A stretch of 63,679 nucleotides of DNA, filler included, from Lenisia limosa (Eukaryota > Protista > Breviatea), in assembly GCA_001655205.1 (NCBI GenBank). It is 11 parts of 11 records of this genome, joined end to end, with 100 filler letters (N's around TTAATTAATTAA, not from the genome) between each part and the next. Parts side by side here need not be neighbours in the genome. Positions count along the whole stretch, not along the records: positions 1 to 18,336 come from LPNZ01010437.1; positions 18,437 to 26,387 come from LPNZ01007229.1; positions 26,488 to 28,399 come from LPNZ01001398.1; positions 28,500 to 36,475 come from LPNZ01010549.1; 7 more parts are not named here. One strand, 5' to 3'. The position numbers were made by a program, and so were the translations under genes. Positions 12,672-31,272 of the stretch are shown here, one piece after another. The notes beneath the pieces were generated by a model, which searched no databases, was not told where the DNA came from, and saw only the letters and a program-made list of their open reading frames with translations. The stretch's first letter is position 1; each line of letters opens with the position of its first letter.

Positions 12672-15600
12672 CTATTGAAGAATCTTGAAGAAATACTCAC
12701 ACTAATTTGTTAGATTGATTGCAATGCATCAATTTACTGCATGTTTATTCCCATCAATATAATTCAGAATTTTCTTATAATCCTATAATAAAACAAATAT
12801 TATTCAATATGTCTGTTTTGAGCAAATGAGCAAAGTACAGAAAACCCTCACCTCCAAAACACCATCATCCTCAAGATCGGTACAGTGAATGGCGTTATGC
12901 GAGCGCGAATCACCAAAAACGGCTCGGAGGGTCCCGGGGTGAGCTGACCGTGCCATTTCGGGGTCCATTGGACCNNNNNNNNNNNNNNNNNNNNNNNNNN
13001 NNNNNNNNNNNNNNNNNNNNNNNNNNNNNNNNNNNNNNNNNNNNNNNNNAGTAACTTCCATTGCCACGCACAACCCGTCGCAGAGAGCATCCACCATCGT
13101 CTATATCGTGGATTAGGGTGGTGATATGTTGAAGTGTGAGAGAAGCTAAAAAGAAAGAAGAACAGAACAAGGATAAAGCCGAAGCTGCCCACACCGTCAA
13201 CTGAAACAGAGATATCATACTATTAGAGACATTATTATATCTATGATATATATTACATGTATGTAGCAATGAGAAAAAAAAAATAAGGTTGTATCTAACC
13301 GAAGCCGTCCAAATCATCACACTTTTTAGAGATATTGGATTATTGTATTATATTAATTCACCCAAAGAGATAATAATAATTGTGTAATTTCTAACCATAT
13401 CAATTCTTTAGTATTTGTATTTATGTTATATCCCGATGTACATGTATGTGGTATAACGGGTAAACATAAGCAGTACCCCACCGCGAATTCAGGAATGACA
13501 CCTTTGTAAACTTCAAGAAACTCGCTTGCGATTTCGGAGGTAAGCTAAATGGTCAATGTCAAAAGGAAACAGATTCTTTTGTAGTTATAAAGGTTTCGGA
13601 TAAGGCTGTCTGTGTTATTATTATCAAAGAACAGATCTTACCCCCAATTGATATTGGCTGTGATATCTGCGCCAATATTTATTATATGAAATGTCTCCCC
13701 CCAACCTGGAAAGACTGAACTGCAGTGATCTGAAGACCATCCTTAGTGACAGCGGATATAATGTCGCCAGTGTGGCCTGTGGGGGGGGGGTAAAATTGGA
13801 AAATGTATGAAACAAAGAAGCGACAAACCGAGTATTATACGTGCTACAATAGAGAATGCAAGTATACATAGTTGTCTTATTAAAGAAAATGTTAACCCGC
13901 ATATTGACATTGAAAAGGCTTCAAATTTCGAAAAAGTCCGATAAAATATTGGCATTAGTCTTGAATATTCCCGAAATATTGGTCATTTCGGTTAAGGAAT
14001 GAAGTCTTATCAGCCCGGCATTACCCACCCTTGAGGACAGCGTGAGGCTTGACAACACACAACGAGCAGTCACGAATGTAAGCGGTCGTAACGAAGGGAC
14101 ATTTGCCCTAGGTGGTTACTTGCAATTTGTAGAGGTGGAGACTATTATTAAAACCGAACACAGGGCTCCACAATACCCATGCACACCCCGGGGAAGAACC
14201 ACTGGGCATCCCGTGTGCCGGCGGCGGCGGTTTGAGAAACGTAGAGCCCGTTGGAGGTGAGGGAGCCGATGGAGTGGCGGAGGGTGTCTCGCGGCTGGGG
14301 GGAGGGGGAGTAAAATTGGAAAATTTATGAAACAAAAAAAGCTCAAAATTAACTCGCAACATCATCCCCTCCCCCTCCCACCGCCACGGCGGAATTCACC
14401 GGCCCGGCCACAGCGTTGACGGCGCAAACCGCGNNNNNNNNNNNNNNNNNNNNNNNNNNNNNNNNNNNNNNNNNNNNNNNNNNNNNNNNNNNNNNTCGCC
14501 ATTGACCTCAATACCCACGACGGGACCACTTGTCAGCTCCCCTGTGTCACTACAAAGTAAAATAGCTGTTTACGAATCAAAACAACCCGTAATCAACCCT
14601 GTTGGGAACATTTGAGAACATACGAGGGTTCTTCAAAAGGCGGACCCACCCCGAAATTTCTTTTAAATGTATTTAGGATGGAAAGGCGGAATAATGCCCA
14701 TACTAAGTAAGACAACGGGAAGAAACACACAAAGTATACATGATATCATACTATGTAGAAACGTAAAGGTCGCAAATTGCTCATTCTTCCAACCTCTGGT
14801 CTTGTGTAATGTCCAGGAACTCCTTGGCAGCACCGGGGCTAAACTGTGAAAACAATTTGCAAGCCAATCAAATATTACTAGTTCGAAACAGCTTGGAATA
14901 AAATGGTTTGTTCCAAGAAGAACTCAAAAAGATGTTTAAATCAATAAATGTGTTAATTCCAAAACACCCAGGGGCCAAGTCTGATGTGAGAGGTTGCCCA
15001 GCCCGACTCACGGCAGGATGGTGGACTTAATATTGACGAGCGCCACCTTGAGACGAGCCAGGCCGGTCATGACCACACCGATCTTGTGGAAGGCACCGGG
15101 CTTGACAAGGAGGAACACTCTACATTCGGTAATATGGAGGATTTGTTTATTACTTGAACACCTGAGTTATCTTCTTCCAAAAAAACTGATTATTGCATTA
15201 TGTGTTTATTGAGAAAGCACCACCAAACTATCTGTGATAAGAAACATCAAACTGGTCAACAGTCCAACAAACGTTTCTCTGGTGCTTCCACGAGCGTGTC
15301 TGGTGAAGGAGTCAGCGTAGTCAATAAGCTTCATTGGTCGAGAGTAGATAGTAACGGTGTTGCCGAGGAAGAGGTCGTCGAGGCCAACTGAGGGAACCGC
15401 GCAGCGTCTCAGGAATGTGCGTCTGTTTTTAATATCGAACTAAGGATGTGAGCTTGAGAGGCAAGACTGGAAAGATCAGGAGAGGGCGAAAACCTTCTCT
15501 GCGTTCAATACAAAAAAATTATTCCCTTACAAGTTCAATTGTTCCATTAATGGTAAAATAAAGGAGCTTAAAGCTCTTAACAATGTCAGATTGAGGGTCA

Positions 15601-15686
15601 TGCCACTCGCAAAGGTAACTGTAACAATCTTCTGAAGGCTAAACAGTTAATTTCATCCATATAAACGCAGTATCACCCACTGCCAT
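12672..15686 (-). CDS. NME7: Nucleoside diphosphate kinase 7 (DM10 + two NDK domains; ciliary microtubule inner protein)
   Basis: MAVEDCYSYLCEWHDPQS..., FDIKNRRTFLRR..DDLFLGNTVTIYSRPMKLIDYAD (DM10), FLLVKPGAF, CSLCVVKPHAV, EFLEVYKGVIPEF, GPMDPEMARSAHPGTLRAVFGDSRSHNAIHCTDLEDDGVLE|CEYFFKILQ*. Confidence 0.95.
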
Positions 15687-16551
15687 TCTTCTATCTAAAG
15701 TAGAAAAGCAGGAAACTTGCAAAAATAAAATGTCACTTAAGTAGCGGCAATTTCTCTAGTGTTATCCTAAATAATAATGTTTTCTGTGTTAAATACCTGA
15801 AAAACTGTTGTTTTTGGAGATTTTTTCTTCACGCTAAAATAGAGATCTTTGATCTAGAGTATTGAACCTGGGAAAACAGTTTGCCAATCGATCGACCTTT
15901 GATATCAATTATTTGAATAGTTACGCAAAGTTATGTAGAAATATTGAAAAGTAGATTAAAAAACAGGACACGATGAAGAGTTGTTCGGATGGCGTCTTCC
16001 TGACGTCTCTCAGCAACCCTGCGCCCCCTGAACAAGCGTCATACCTTTCAATATTAGTATTTGCCAACGTAAGAAGCCATCATCCCTTTCCCCTTATCGA
16101 ACCAGGATGGGACGTTACTAGTTGCCCACACGTTGAAGGGCGCCTCCCCTGATCATGCGGTGCTTTCGAGACTAGCCTCAATATTGCTTGATTGGGGAGG
16201 AAAGTAGGGATGGAAGGGTATTTAATCGTCGTGACTGGTGGTTTGTTTTGAGATTGTTTGGATTGTAAGTCTTCTTCCAGATCTACTTCCACTCTTTTAA
16301 CACGGAGGGACGGATGATGCAGTTTTATAACATATTATATTGAGCGGATAAATTTAATACTTTTTGCTTTTTTCATTGCTGTCAATATACAATCGTTCAA
16401 CCTTTCAATAATGCTACATAAACGTTGCACCGGCCGTGGTAAGTCTTGACTAATTGTCCTGAGGGGGAATCGGATTCTTCGGTCAAGGCTTACCGATTGC
16501 TCCATTTTGAAGTATTCATTATTTACAACCAATACTGTTGATTATTTACCC

Positions 16552-16648
16552 AACCTTATTCTTATTATTTACAGAAAATCTTATTCTTATTATTACAGAC
16601 AATCTTATTCTTATTATTTGCAAACATCTTATTCTTATTATTTACAGA
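16552..16648. repeat. Minisatellite, ~24-bp unit (TCTTATTCTTATTATTTACAGAAAA-like), 4 copies
   Basis: Tandem copies visible. Confidence 0.85.
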
Positions 16649-16989
16649 GTTGATTATATACATCTCATTTACATTTTCACGTCACCTACAATCAGTAGCT
16701 ATTTTTCTATCATTATTCACGCTACTCTTTACCTGAAACACAACTNNNNNNNNNNNNNNNNNNNNNNNNNNNNNNNNNNNNNNNNNNNNNNNNNNNNNNN
16801 NNNNNNNNNNNNNNNNNNNNNNNNNNNNNNNNNNNNNNNNNNNNNNNNNNNNNNNNNNNNNNNNNNNNNNNNNNNNNNNNNNNNNNNNNNNNNNNNNNNN
16901 NNNNNNNNNNNNNNNNNNNNNNNNNNNNNNNNNNNNNNNNNNNNNNNNNNNNNNNNNNTTCCCCTCTTTAATTCGAGGTTTATGATTTC

Positions 16990-18215
16990 AGATATGCTAC
17001 CTTGTCGCTGAACATCTCGAAAGGAAGTTCGGAGAACAAATTCGGCAAACGATGGCGCAGAAAGATGTGGGGTGTCCTATGTGGGAGTTCTCTCTCTCTC
17101 TCTCTCTCCAGGGTTGGAGAGGGAGGTTTCTTTTGGTTTAATACTCAAGGAAGGTGTTTGATCCATTAGTTTGTCCTTTACTTTGCACTTATGCATTATG
17201 CTATATAATAATAAGAATAACTTACACCTTTTTGTCTTATTATTATTACTATATTATTGCTACTTGAGGCTTCAAGACAAAAGAATCTCATTAAACATAG
17301 AAAGAAACACGTTAAGAAGGCAAGCAGTAATTTTAACAAGAAGCAAAGCAAAAGTACTGTGTTCAATTCAGCACAAATCAAACCAACTTTTGAAAACCTC
17401 AGTTAGTTCCACGAAAAGCGGCCAAATTGAGAGACATGTCCACGATACAGAACACCTTTCCATCACACGTTGTCGAATGGTGTGTTTCCTTTCCATTCGG
17501 ACAGGAAAAACTCACAAAATATAACTGTGGTATTGTGTAAGAGGAATACATGCATCAACATACTGCGGTTTGATTTGGTCATGATGTAGACCACCTTTTT
17601 AATACTTCAACAGTTCGAAGAAAACCTTCCTCCGTTGCTCTGAGCTTCCAAGTGGGATGAATTCTGATGAATTCTGGGATGGAAGAAAGCAACGTCACAG
17701 AATACTCTTTCGCCGTTTCAAACAGATTTGCAAGGTCGTCAACATCTATAAATCAAATTATATCATAGCTAACTCGAAAAATCTGGGCGGCAAACATCCC
17801 GTGGTACTTTGAAATGTTGGTGCCGCCACGGTCGTACTTGGGGTCCAGCTTGGTCTCAATTTCACATGATTCATAAACATTATAGCCACTTCAATGACAA
17901 CTCTTTTGAGTTAAACAATATACATATTACATGTTTGTGTATACATTTTTACAAAGTTACACTTCCCTCCTTCATTTTCTCAGTTGGTTCGTGGTACACT
18001 CCCTCCTTCATTTTCTTAGTTGGTTCGTGGTACACTTCCCTCCTTCATTTTCTCAGTTGGTTCGTGGTAGTGATTAGCAATCCTCTTCTATTCAATTTGG
18101 TTGAACAATCAGGCTTTAGATCTTCTTGCAAAACAATAACCGAGAGCTTTCCCCCCTGATTTCTGAAATTCCGCGCTTTCTTTGGATCACGTTTTGACCA
18201 GTCTTTTCAATCCAT
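16990..18215 (-). CDS. Partial multi-exon gene, unknown helical protein (5' end cut by linker)
   Basis: Exons such as ETKLDPKYDRGGTNISKYHGMFAAQIFR, DVDDLANLFETAKEYSVTLLSSIPEFIRIHPTWKLR, DTPHLSAPSFAEFVLRTSFRDVQRQ, with GT/AG ends. Confidence 0.45.
17958..18068. repeat. Minisatellite, ~37-bp unit, 3 copies
   Basis: TACACTTCCCTCCTTCATTTTCTCAGTTGGTTCGTGG x3. Confidence 0.9.
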
Positions 18216-18336
18216 TAATTGTAAGTGTTATTTAAAACAATATAGGTGGACCAACAAAACCGTGCCCACTAACATAATGGAGCCCACTTTTTGAAAAACC
18301 ATGTTTCTTTGGACAAACAAATTCTGCTTAAACGCC

Positions 18337-18436
18337 NNNNNNNNNNNNNNNNNNNNNNNNNNNNNNNNNNNNNNNNNNNNTTAATTAATTAANNNNNNNN
18401 NNNNNNNNNNNNNNNNNNNNNNNNNNNNNNNNNNNN
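18337..18436. other. Artificial scaffold linker N44-TTAATTAATTAA-N44 (first of ten)
   Basis: Same 12-mer (stops in all six frames) at 18381, 26432, 28444, 36520, 38133, 45810, 56621, 58255, 60146, 62257, each inside a ~100-nt N block. Confidence 0.97.
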
Positions 18437-19900
18437 ATATTCAAAAAAAAACCGATCATTTTCGAGGATTTACTGAGAAAATCCGTCTCTTTAGGAGCAT
18501 AAGGAAGCCTTTCATGCAAAGAACCGCCAAACGCAAACCCGTAAATTTGACAGCTTCCATTGCGTGTGAACGGTCTGTAAACTCCACATAGGCCATGCCT
18601 GGAGGGAATTAAATGCATGAGAAATTAAAATGAAGTAGGAGGCTTAAATCATCCACACCATCCGTTTATAAATGGAAAGGAATTAAGGGATTAATGGTGA
18701 TAATAGGTATTAATAATACTAATATTATTAAAATCCAGACCAGTCGATTATATATTTCGTATATCTCTACTATCAACAGCATACTTAGTAATGTGTTCAA
18801 TGTATGTCATATAAAAAAGCAGATGAGGAAAGGAAAGGTGGGGTTTTCAGGAATATACCAACATAGAAAAAAGAGTCGTTAAAACTATTTAACGGTCCAG
18901 GTCCAAACCTTTAGCCTTGCCGCTTTTGTCCTTCAGAATTCTGATATCGAAACAACTTACCAGGGGAGCGAAGAAGCTGGGAGTAAAAATGGAAAGTTAA
19001 CGAAACAAAAATCAACTATNNNNNNNNNNNNNNNNNNNNNNNNNNNNNNNNNNNNNNNNNNNNNNNNNNNNNNNNNNNNNNNNNNNNNNNNNNNNNNNNN
19101 NNNNNNNNNNNNNNNNNNNNNNNNNNNNNNNNNNNNNNNNNNNNNNNNNNNNNNNNNNNNNNNNNNNNNNNNNNNNNNNNNNNNNGAGAGAGAGAGAGAG
19201 AGAGACCCCAAACAAATTTAAAAACAGCCCGTAAGAAAAACTCCTACTCATTGAGCTTGTCTTTGGTGCATTTGTAGTGCAGGTTGGATACCATCACAGT
19301 CCGCATCTCCTTCTCCATGCTCATCTCTGCTGCGGCTGGGGGGGGGGGGGGNNNNNNNNNNNNNNNNNNNNNNNNNNNNNNNNNNNNNNNNNNNNNNNNN
19401 NNNNNNNNNNNNNNNNNNNNNNNNNNNNNNNNNTTTACCACCTCTCTCATTTTGCCATAAAACTCAATGAAGCGGTCATTTATCACAAAATCTAGGCTTA
19501 CTGATGTTGAAATTTTCTGTAGTATAAACCAGCATACTTTTCTCCAAAAACGCAGAGGCGATGGGCTTGACATCGTCGCTACACGCAATGAGAATGATGT
19601 GAAGAAGTAGAAAGCAAAACAAATAACCAAACAAAAAAAAAACAAAAACAAAAAAAACTAACAAGGAGGTAGAGAACCTTTGTCCAAAAACCGTCAAGAG
19701 ACAATGTAGCCATAGTCCCATTTACTGTCCATGGAAGTCTCACATACCAAATGCCCATTGTGTGGGCTGTAACTGTTGACGGGCTTGTGATAAACTCAGG
19801 TTGGTTGCTGGGGGAGGATCAGTAACTGTGCTTCAAGTATCCTGTTGTTGTGATCTGACAATTTCAAATATAATATAAACTGTTTGAAAGGTTAAGAGAA
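18437..19900 (-). CDS. RRM protein with upstream helical (HAT-like) segments, possibly SART3/Prp24-like; partial
   Basis: RNP2 RTVMVSNLHYK; DFFAPLVSCFDIRILKDKSGKAK|GMAYVEFTD (RNP1); upstream ACSDDVKPIASAFLEK. The SART3 identity is inference. Confidence 0.6.
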
Positions 19901-20098
19901 GGGAGGATGTTCCAAGGATGTTCAAAGTTTGAAGAGAAGGAATCACTGATCCCTCGATCTTGTTTATTCCATTGCCATTGCAACCCAATGTTGCAACCAG
20001 ATTGCAACCGCGTTTGGTGACTAAGTGCGTAGTAGCAGCGTAGTAGGACGGGCTTCAACTGGGTGAAGAACGAAGAGACAAGCAGAAAGCGGTGTGGA

Positions 20099-26030
<5,932 letters not shown>

Positions 26031-26060
26031 GCGGTGAGCACGTGTGCCTACTCTGCTTCT

Positions 26061-26127
26061 CCCTCTTAACGTTTGTGATACGAAATGGCGAAACCCTTAT
26101 GGTGCTGTTTTGTTGAGGTTGTGAGGG
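26061..26127 (+). promoter_or_regulatory. SECIS element (form 2-like) in the TrxR 3' UTR
   Basis: Helix I CCCTCTTAAC/GTTGTGAGGG; core GTGAT(26075-79)/TGAG(26114-17); 10-bp helix II ACGAAATGGC/GCTGTTTTGT (all Watson-Crick or G-U); apical GAAA plus mini-stem (A)CC-CTTAT-GG(T). Folded by eye. Confidence 0.88.
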
Positions 26128-26855
26128 CAAGTTGCTTATGGTATGTGTTTTTTTTGTTTCCCCTGTTTCCTTTTCTTATCAATAAAGTTTTTTTTTGTGA
26201 GAGTGAGTGGGAGGTTATTTCTTTCATCTTGAAGGGGCCAACATGAACTTCTTTTCTTTTGATGATACCTCTTCCTCATAACTCTAATGAATGCTTTGCA
26301 ATGGTGTAGTTAGCTCTCAACGTATGTCAAAAATTCATCATAATCAAGTTACAAGGTGGTGGGGCTTTGGTGAGGGCGAGCTTCAGGNNNNNNNNNNNNN
26401 NNNNNNNNNNNNNNNNNNNNNNNNNNNNNNNTTAATTAATTAANNNNNNNNNNNNNNNNNNNNNNNNNNNNNNNNNNNNNNNNNNNNCCCCCCCCCCCCC
26501 ACTGTGACAAACTGCGTAGATAAACTAAAATGCTCAGACAACTAAACCTTGGCAAGTATCTTCAAACCAGGTTACTTGTTCATTCTATTCCTATTTTCCC
26601 CCCATCATCCCCACATCTGCTCCATTCATTTTTGATTTGCCTCCTATCAGATTTGTTTTCCCCCCTTTCGGTATTGTATTTTCCGTTTTGTGGTATATCA
26701 TTACCCTTTCTCAAAAATAATTTTTCGAACCTATTTTCAGGAGTCATGAGATGGGCCTGGGCATTGTTTGTTTTGTTGTTCTCAACCCTCTTATGGTTAG
26801 CCAACAGTTGATTTTGGGCTTTTGTTTCAATCATTTTCCAGCTTTACTCCCCCAG

Positions 26856-28070
26856 AGGCTCCGCGCGGAACAAGAGGCTCTGAACTCCGAGGTATAATCG
26901 GATCTGCCATGAGGTTATAATTCCAAAAAACTGCCATTGATATCCCAACACTAGGGCTTCACTTCGGTTTGAAAAATAACTGAATTTCTCGATAAATCCT
27001 CGAAAACTATCGAAATTTAACCAGTCTTTTTGGAACCAAAGTGAAGCCCTACCCAACACTTATTTTTAGTGTAATATGGTGGTTGGGGGGGAGGGGGGTA
27101 TTGTAACGAGGGATAGTATTAGAGTTGACGAATATCTTGGCCAGAACTTTCATACATGTAATAGTGACCATAATAAGTCTTTACCGAATTTGTTGGGAAA
27201 TCATATCGCAAATCGGTCAGGACTTAATATCTTGGTGACTGGATGGTAATATTATTTACTTCCATTTTTCTGATTATTTTCTTGGTGCCTTTTGGGAGCA
27301 TTTGTTCGATTTTTTGCATTTCCTGTGAACACTAACGAAAACAGTTACAATCCGCACAGAAAACCATTGAGAAAGACGTATTGGCGGTGGGGGCTTAATT
27401 TTGAGATGATAGTTTTCGTCATTGTGGGTTACGTGACAGATATCAACCACTTTTACATACTAAATAAAATCCCTCACCATTTTTACACCCATATTCAATT
27501 TCTTCATTTTTTTTTTTTCAACAGATTTGATTTTTGGGCAATATTTTTAATATAAATTGTCTATTTTTCACCCCTATAGTGGACGAAGGAGGCTTCCATA
27601 GCAATGCAAAGCTCTGAGGCGCCCCCTTGTATAGGTATCATGGGATGCACAATGGTGGAATGTCTAACATGATATTAGATAATATATTTGTTTGTAGTAT
27701 CATATAATATGATTTTATGCAGTACGTTTTCACAATATTCTTCTATGTATATGAGCGTAGGTGTCATACGTGCTATGGAGGGAGTAGAATATTTCAAGAA
27801 AAAAAAAACCCATGAGCTTTCAAGGTGATAATGAAGATATCTTGCAAAAGGTGACTCTTTATTTGGTGAAACTCTCCGGGTATATCCGAAGCTAATCTGA
27901 TCGATGGGGCTAGCTATCACTTCTACTGTTTGTCTCTGACTATACCCCCCGCCCTTTTTTTTATCAGAGAACTTTATTTCACCCCATCAGAAGACCTTGT
28001 TTTCAGCGCAGATATTCTGAACTCCACCACCCTGGCGAGCATCAAAGCTGACCTTTTGGAGTGGGGGTTG
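26856..28070 (+). CDS. Partial multi-exon gene, unknown product
   Basis: Exons after C-tract AG acceptors: RLRAEQEALNSE, WTKEASIAMQSSEAPP, EDLVFSADILNSTTLASIKADLLE. Confidence 0.35.
26952..27051. mobile_element. hAT-type MITE, family 1 (100 bp)
   Basis: TIR TAGGGCTTCACTT...AAGTGAAGCCCTA; perfect 8-bp TSD CCCAACAC (26944-51 / 27052-59). Confidence 0.9.
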
Positions 28071-28110
28071 TGTATTTTGGAGGAGGTCATGACTATTTTC
28101 AGATTGAAAC

Positions 28111-28201
28111 TAGGGCCTCACTTCGTTTCTAAAAAAGACTGCGTTTTTTTTTGAAAATATCGTTATTTTTCCTGTCTTTTTCGAACCGAAGTGATCTCCT
28201 A
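28111..28201. mobile_element. hAT-type MITE, family 1
   Basis: TAGGGCCTCACTTCG...CGAAGTGATCTCCTA; perfect 8-bp TSD ATTGAAAC. Confidence 0.88.
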
Positions 28202-28499
28202 ATTGAAACTGATCGAATTTTATGATAATTCCTCGATGAATAGGTCTGTAAATCCTTGATAAGTATAGAATCCTTGATTAATAAAGAATCCTTGATACAT
28301 ATGGAATCCTTGATAATGCCCCAATGAAGTTGGTCGTATGGTCGGCTTATAGTGAATAAAAGGGCATGACCCCACCCCCAGCCAACAGAGTTGATTTGGN
28401 NNNNNNNNNNNNNNNNNNNNNNNNNNNNNNNNNNNNNNNNNNNTTAATTAATTAANNNNNNNNNNNNNNNNNNNNNNNNNNNNNNNNNNNNNNNNNNNN

Positions 28500-30850
28500 T
28501 TTAGTGTAACAATTGAAAGGTATCGATATTGTGAAGTTTGCAAACCATTTGACTGTAGTCCATATATGGAGAGCTGGCAGTGGGAGGAGCTGGTCCTCTA
28601 AAAGATGAACTCAATAAAAAAAAAACCTGGGGTATGAGCATACTTAATAGGGGTTTTTTCCATGTAGTAAAAAGGATTGTTCAATAAATTCCCCCCCTCC
28701 CCCCNNNNNNNNNNNNNNNNNNNNNNNNNNNNNNNNNNNNNNNNNNNNNNNNNNNNNNNNNNNNNNNNNNNNNNNNNNNNNNNNNNNNNNNNNNNNNNNN
28801 NNNNNNNNNNNNNNNNNNNNNNNNNNNNNNNNNNNNNNNNNNNNNNNNNNNNNNNNNNNNNNNNNNNNNNNNNNACGCCTCCCTGTTGATCTTGCGGACT
28901 GCGGACGACTTGACGGTCTACTGTTATAAGTGCCAGGAAAAAAAGTGGGTGTTGTTGATAGGGCTTCACTTTGGTTTGAAAACTAATTTCCGAAGATTTA
29001 TCAAGAAATTCAGTCTTTTTCGAACCGAAGTGAAGCCCTAGTTGCTGAGTATAGTGGGTATGCAAGGGGGAAATGGGATCAAACCTCCCATTTTTACACC
29101 TGTATAACACTATGTAAAATAATATGATATCTTGGTCCAATGCAGAACCAAAGATGCAATATTAATAGAGAAATAATAAATCAAAAGTCTATGGTTGTGT
29201 TCAAAAAAAAAAAGAAGCCCATGCTCACCTTGGTGAGGCGGCACCTGACCGACAAGTAGCTGCAAAGTCAGTTCAATGTTACAGTCAAATGATTGCGTGA
29301 ATTAATATACAATCATCCAATATCTCCAATAAGTGGAGGCTTCGTCCAAATACTCCCTTGTTTATTTCTCATTTCCACACAGAACAGTGGTCCACAACAA
29401 TTAAATATCGTATCGAACAGAATCAAGAAGCCGAAAAATACAATATTTAATGGGATTGATATTAGTGCTAAATGGTGTGAAGTTATACAGTTTTAAGAGA
29501 CTGCCTAACATACCCCTCACCCACAGAAATCCAGCCTTGACATAGAGTTACTCAAAGACTTCATTGATTTCACATTGCTACACAGTAAGGAATAAAAAGG
29601 GTTATAGCAGCTCAGTTTGGTCATTATCGCGGACAATCAAGAAACATAGTCTTCTCTGCCCCCCCCCCCATACACACAACACATTATTAGCCTCTTTCCC
29701 TCTCCACCCACTCATATTCGCCTCCTTCACCCGCAGTGGCGACAGGAAACGACAGCGGCGGTTTGCGGCCGGTTGCCGTGCCGGGTCTCGCGCTACGCGG
29801 CCGGGTGTCTCGTTGGGATCGCGCCGTCGATGGCCTTGTGGTGGAGCCTTGTTGCGTTGTCCGTTGGGCCTATAGGTTAACAATGGAACGGACTTTATTG
29901 TGCGGCTGATAGAATAACAGTAGTCACCCTATTTGCCATGAATCTGCATTTCTTCCCTCCGTCTCATATGCTTCCTCATACTCGGTCGAGTATCATAAGA
30001 GATTGAAAGAAAGCTATGTACATTTTGAAAACAATCTTACTTTCCAGTTGTACTATTCTACTCTATGTTTTAGTACGTTCTTAGACAGCTGATTATTATC
30101 ATCAACTGCACCACCAACAGGCCTATCTTGCATTCTTCGGTGCATATGATTGACACGGTTGACATGCTCCTGCCATTCGTGGTTCTCTTTCCGACTTGGC
30201 TTCCGCCCAACCGCCTTCCTAGAAAGGGTAATTTATTGGTTTTCAAGAACAAGTACGATCTGGATGGAACAAACAATTCTAAATGATATCCACAGGTTTG
30301 CTGGTAATCGAAAGGGCCTATCAAGATTACTGTCCATGTTTTAGTGAGTCAAAAATTCCACATCTTCAGTAGGAGCAATAATAATGACCATATTACTCAG
30401 TACCCTCCAACTGTTTCCTGCCATACTCATCGTAGTACACTGTTTTCTGGTGCGCTGCATTGATAAGCAAAGGCAGGGGGAATATTATCATATTCAACAA
30501 GAACCCTTGCCTGCAAAGATGATTTCACAATTGACAACACATTGTCAACAGCTCTCTTAGGAACCTCCTCTCCCTTCCCAAACCTGGAGCCGATCTCGAT
30601 TTCGGCTGCTTGGTATCAACTGAGGGCTTCACATTTGTCAAACTGAAAGGAGTTAGTCAACCAGAATATGGCAAGTACTACGGACGCGTTGCGGTTATTT
30701 AAAACAAGCGCAGTAATAATAAGCATTGTATCGGAACTGCCATTCGCCCACGTGTTCAAATGGCGGTAGTGTTGGGTGATCAGAATCTCGCGTCCAACAA
30801 GAGTTTGATCATTGGGCTGGAGGTTGTTGTTACGAAGTGCTGTCAAATGT
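28500..30850 (-). CDS. Partial multi-exon gene; Arg/Ser/Thr-rich with RPSTAR/RPGTA/RPQSAR motifs
   Basis: Exons AQRTTQQGSTTRPSTARSQRDTRPRSARPGTATGRKPP (29735-29872) and RPSSRPQSARSTGR (~28876-28920). Linkage to the exons at 30380-30850 is uncertain. Confidence 0.4.
28959..29040. mobile_element. hAT-type MITE, family 1
   Basis: TAGGGCTTCACTT...AAGTGAAGCCCTA; TSD GTTGTTGA/GTTGCTGA (7/8). Confidence 0.85.
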
Positions 30851-31272
30851 TAGTTTAGACAAAAATAAATACAATGCAGATAAAGCCAGACCAACCACTG
30901 TGCTTCATTATGAAATAACGATGAAACGATTATTCTTCGGGATTATCTTAAATTTTGCCCATTTATTTAATCATATCTAGGAACTATTCTCGTAGCAAAC
31001 GTAGAGTTATCAGCAGAGGCGGACTTGGAAAAAACAACGGCCCGAAAATCACTTGCTTCGGATAAGCAGAGACCAAAACACGTCATCATCCTCTTTTTGA
31101 ACTGGTATTTTTGGAGAACACAGGAACACAGTATTAGCGTTTTGAATTGATAATAATATAATTAGTATTAGTAAACATGATTTTGAGTGATGGAAGTGTT
31201 GGTTAACGATTAGAGTATATCTGATTAAACATTTCTTCTCTTACAATGCCTCTGTGAGGCCCACATCTAATC

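Noticed and set aside
18381-18392. TTAATTAATTAA as a biological motif (piggyBac TTAA or PacI site)
   Set aside because: It is always centred in ~100-nt N blocks; it is a six-frame-stop assembly linker.
30070-30846. 259-codon minus frame interrupted only by TGA (30616, 30427, 30397, 30349), suggesting UGA=Trp or multiple Sec
   Set aside because: The segments between stops are not protein-like, plausible GT/AG sites explain the region as ordinary exons and introns, and I saw no SECIS nearby. Four TGA-only stops can be chance.
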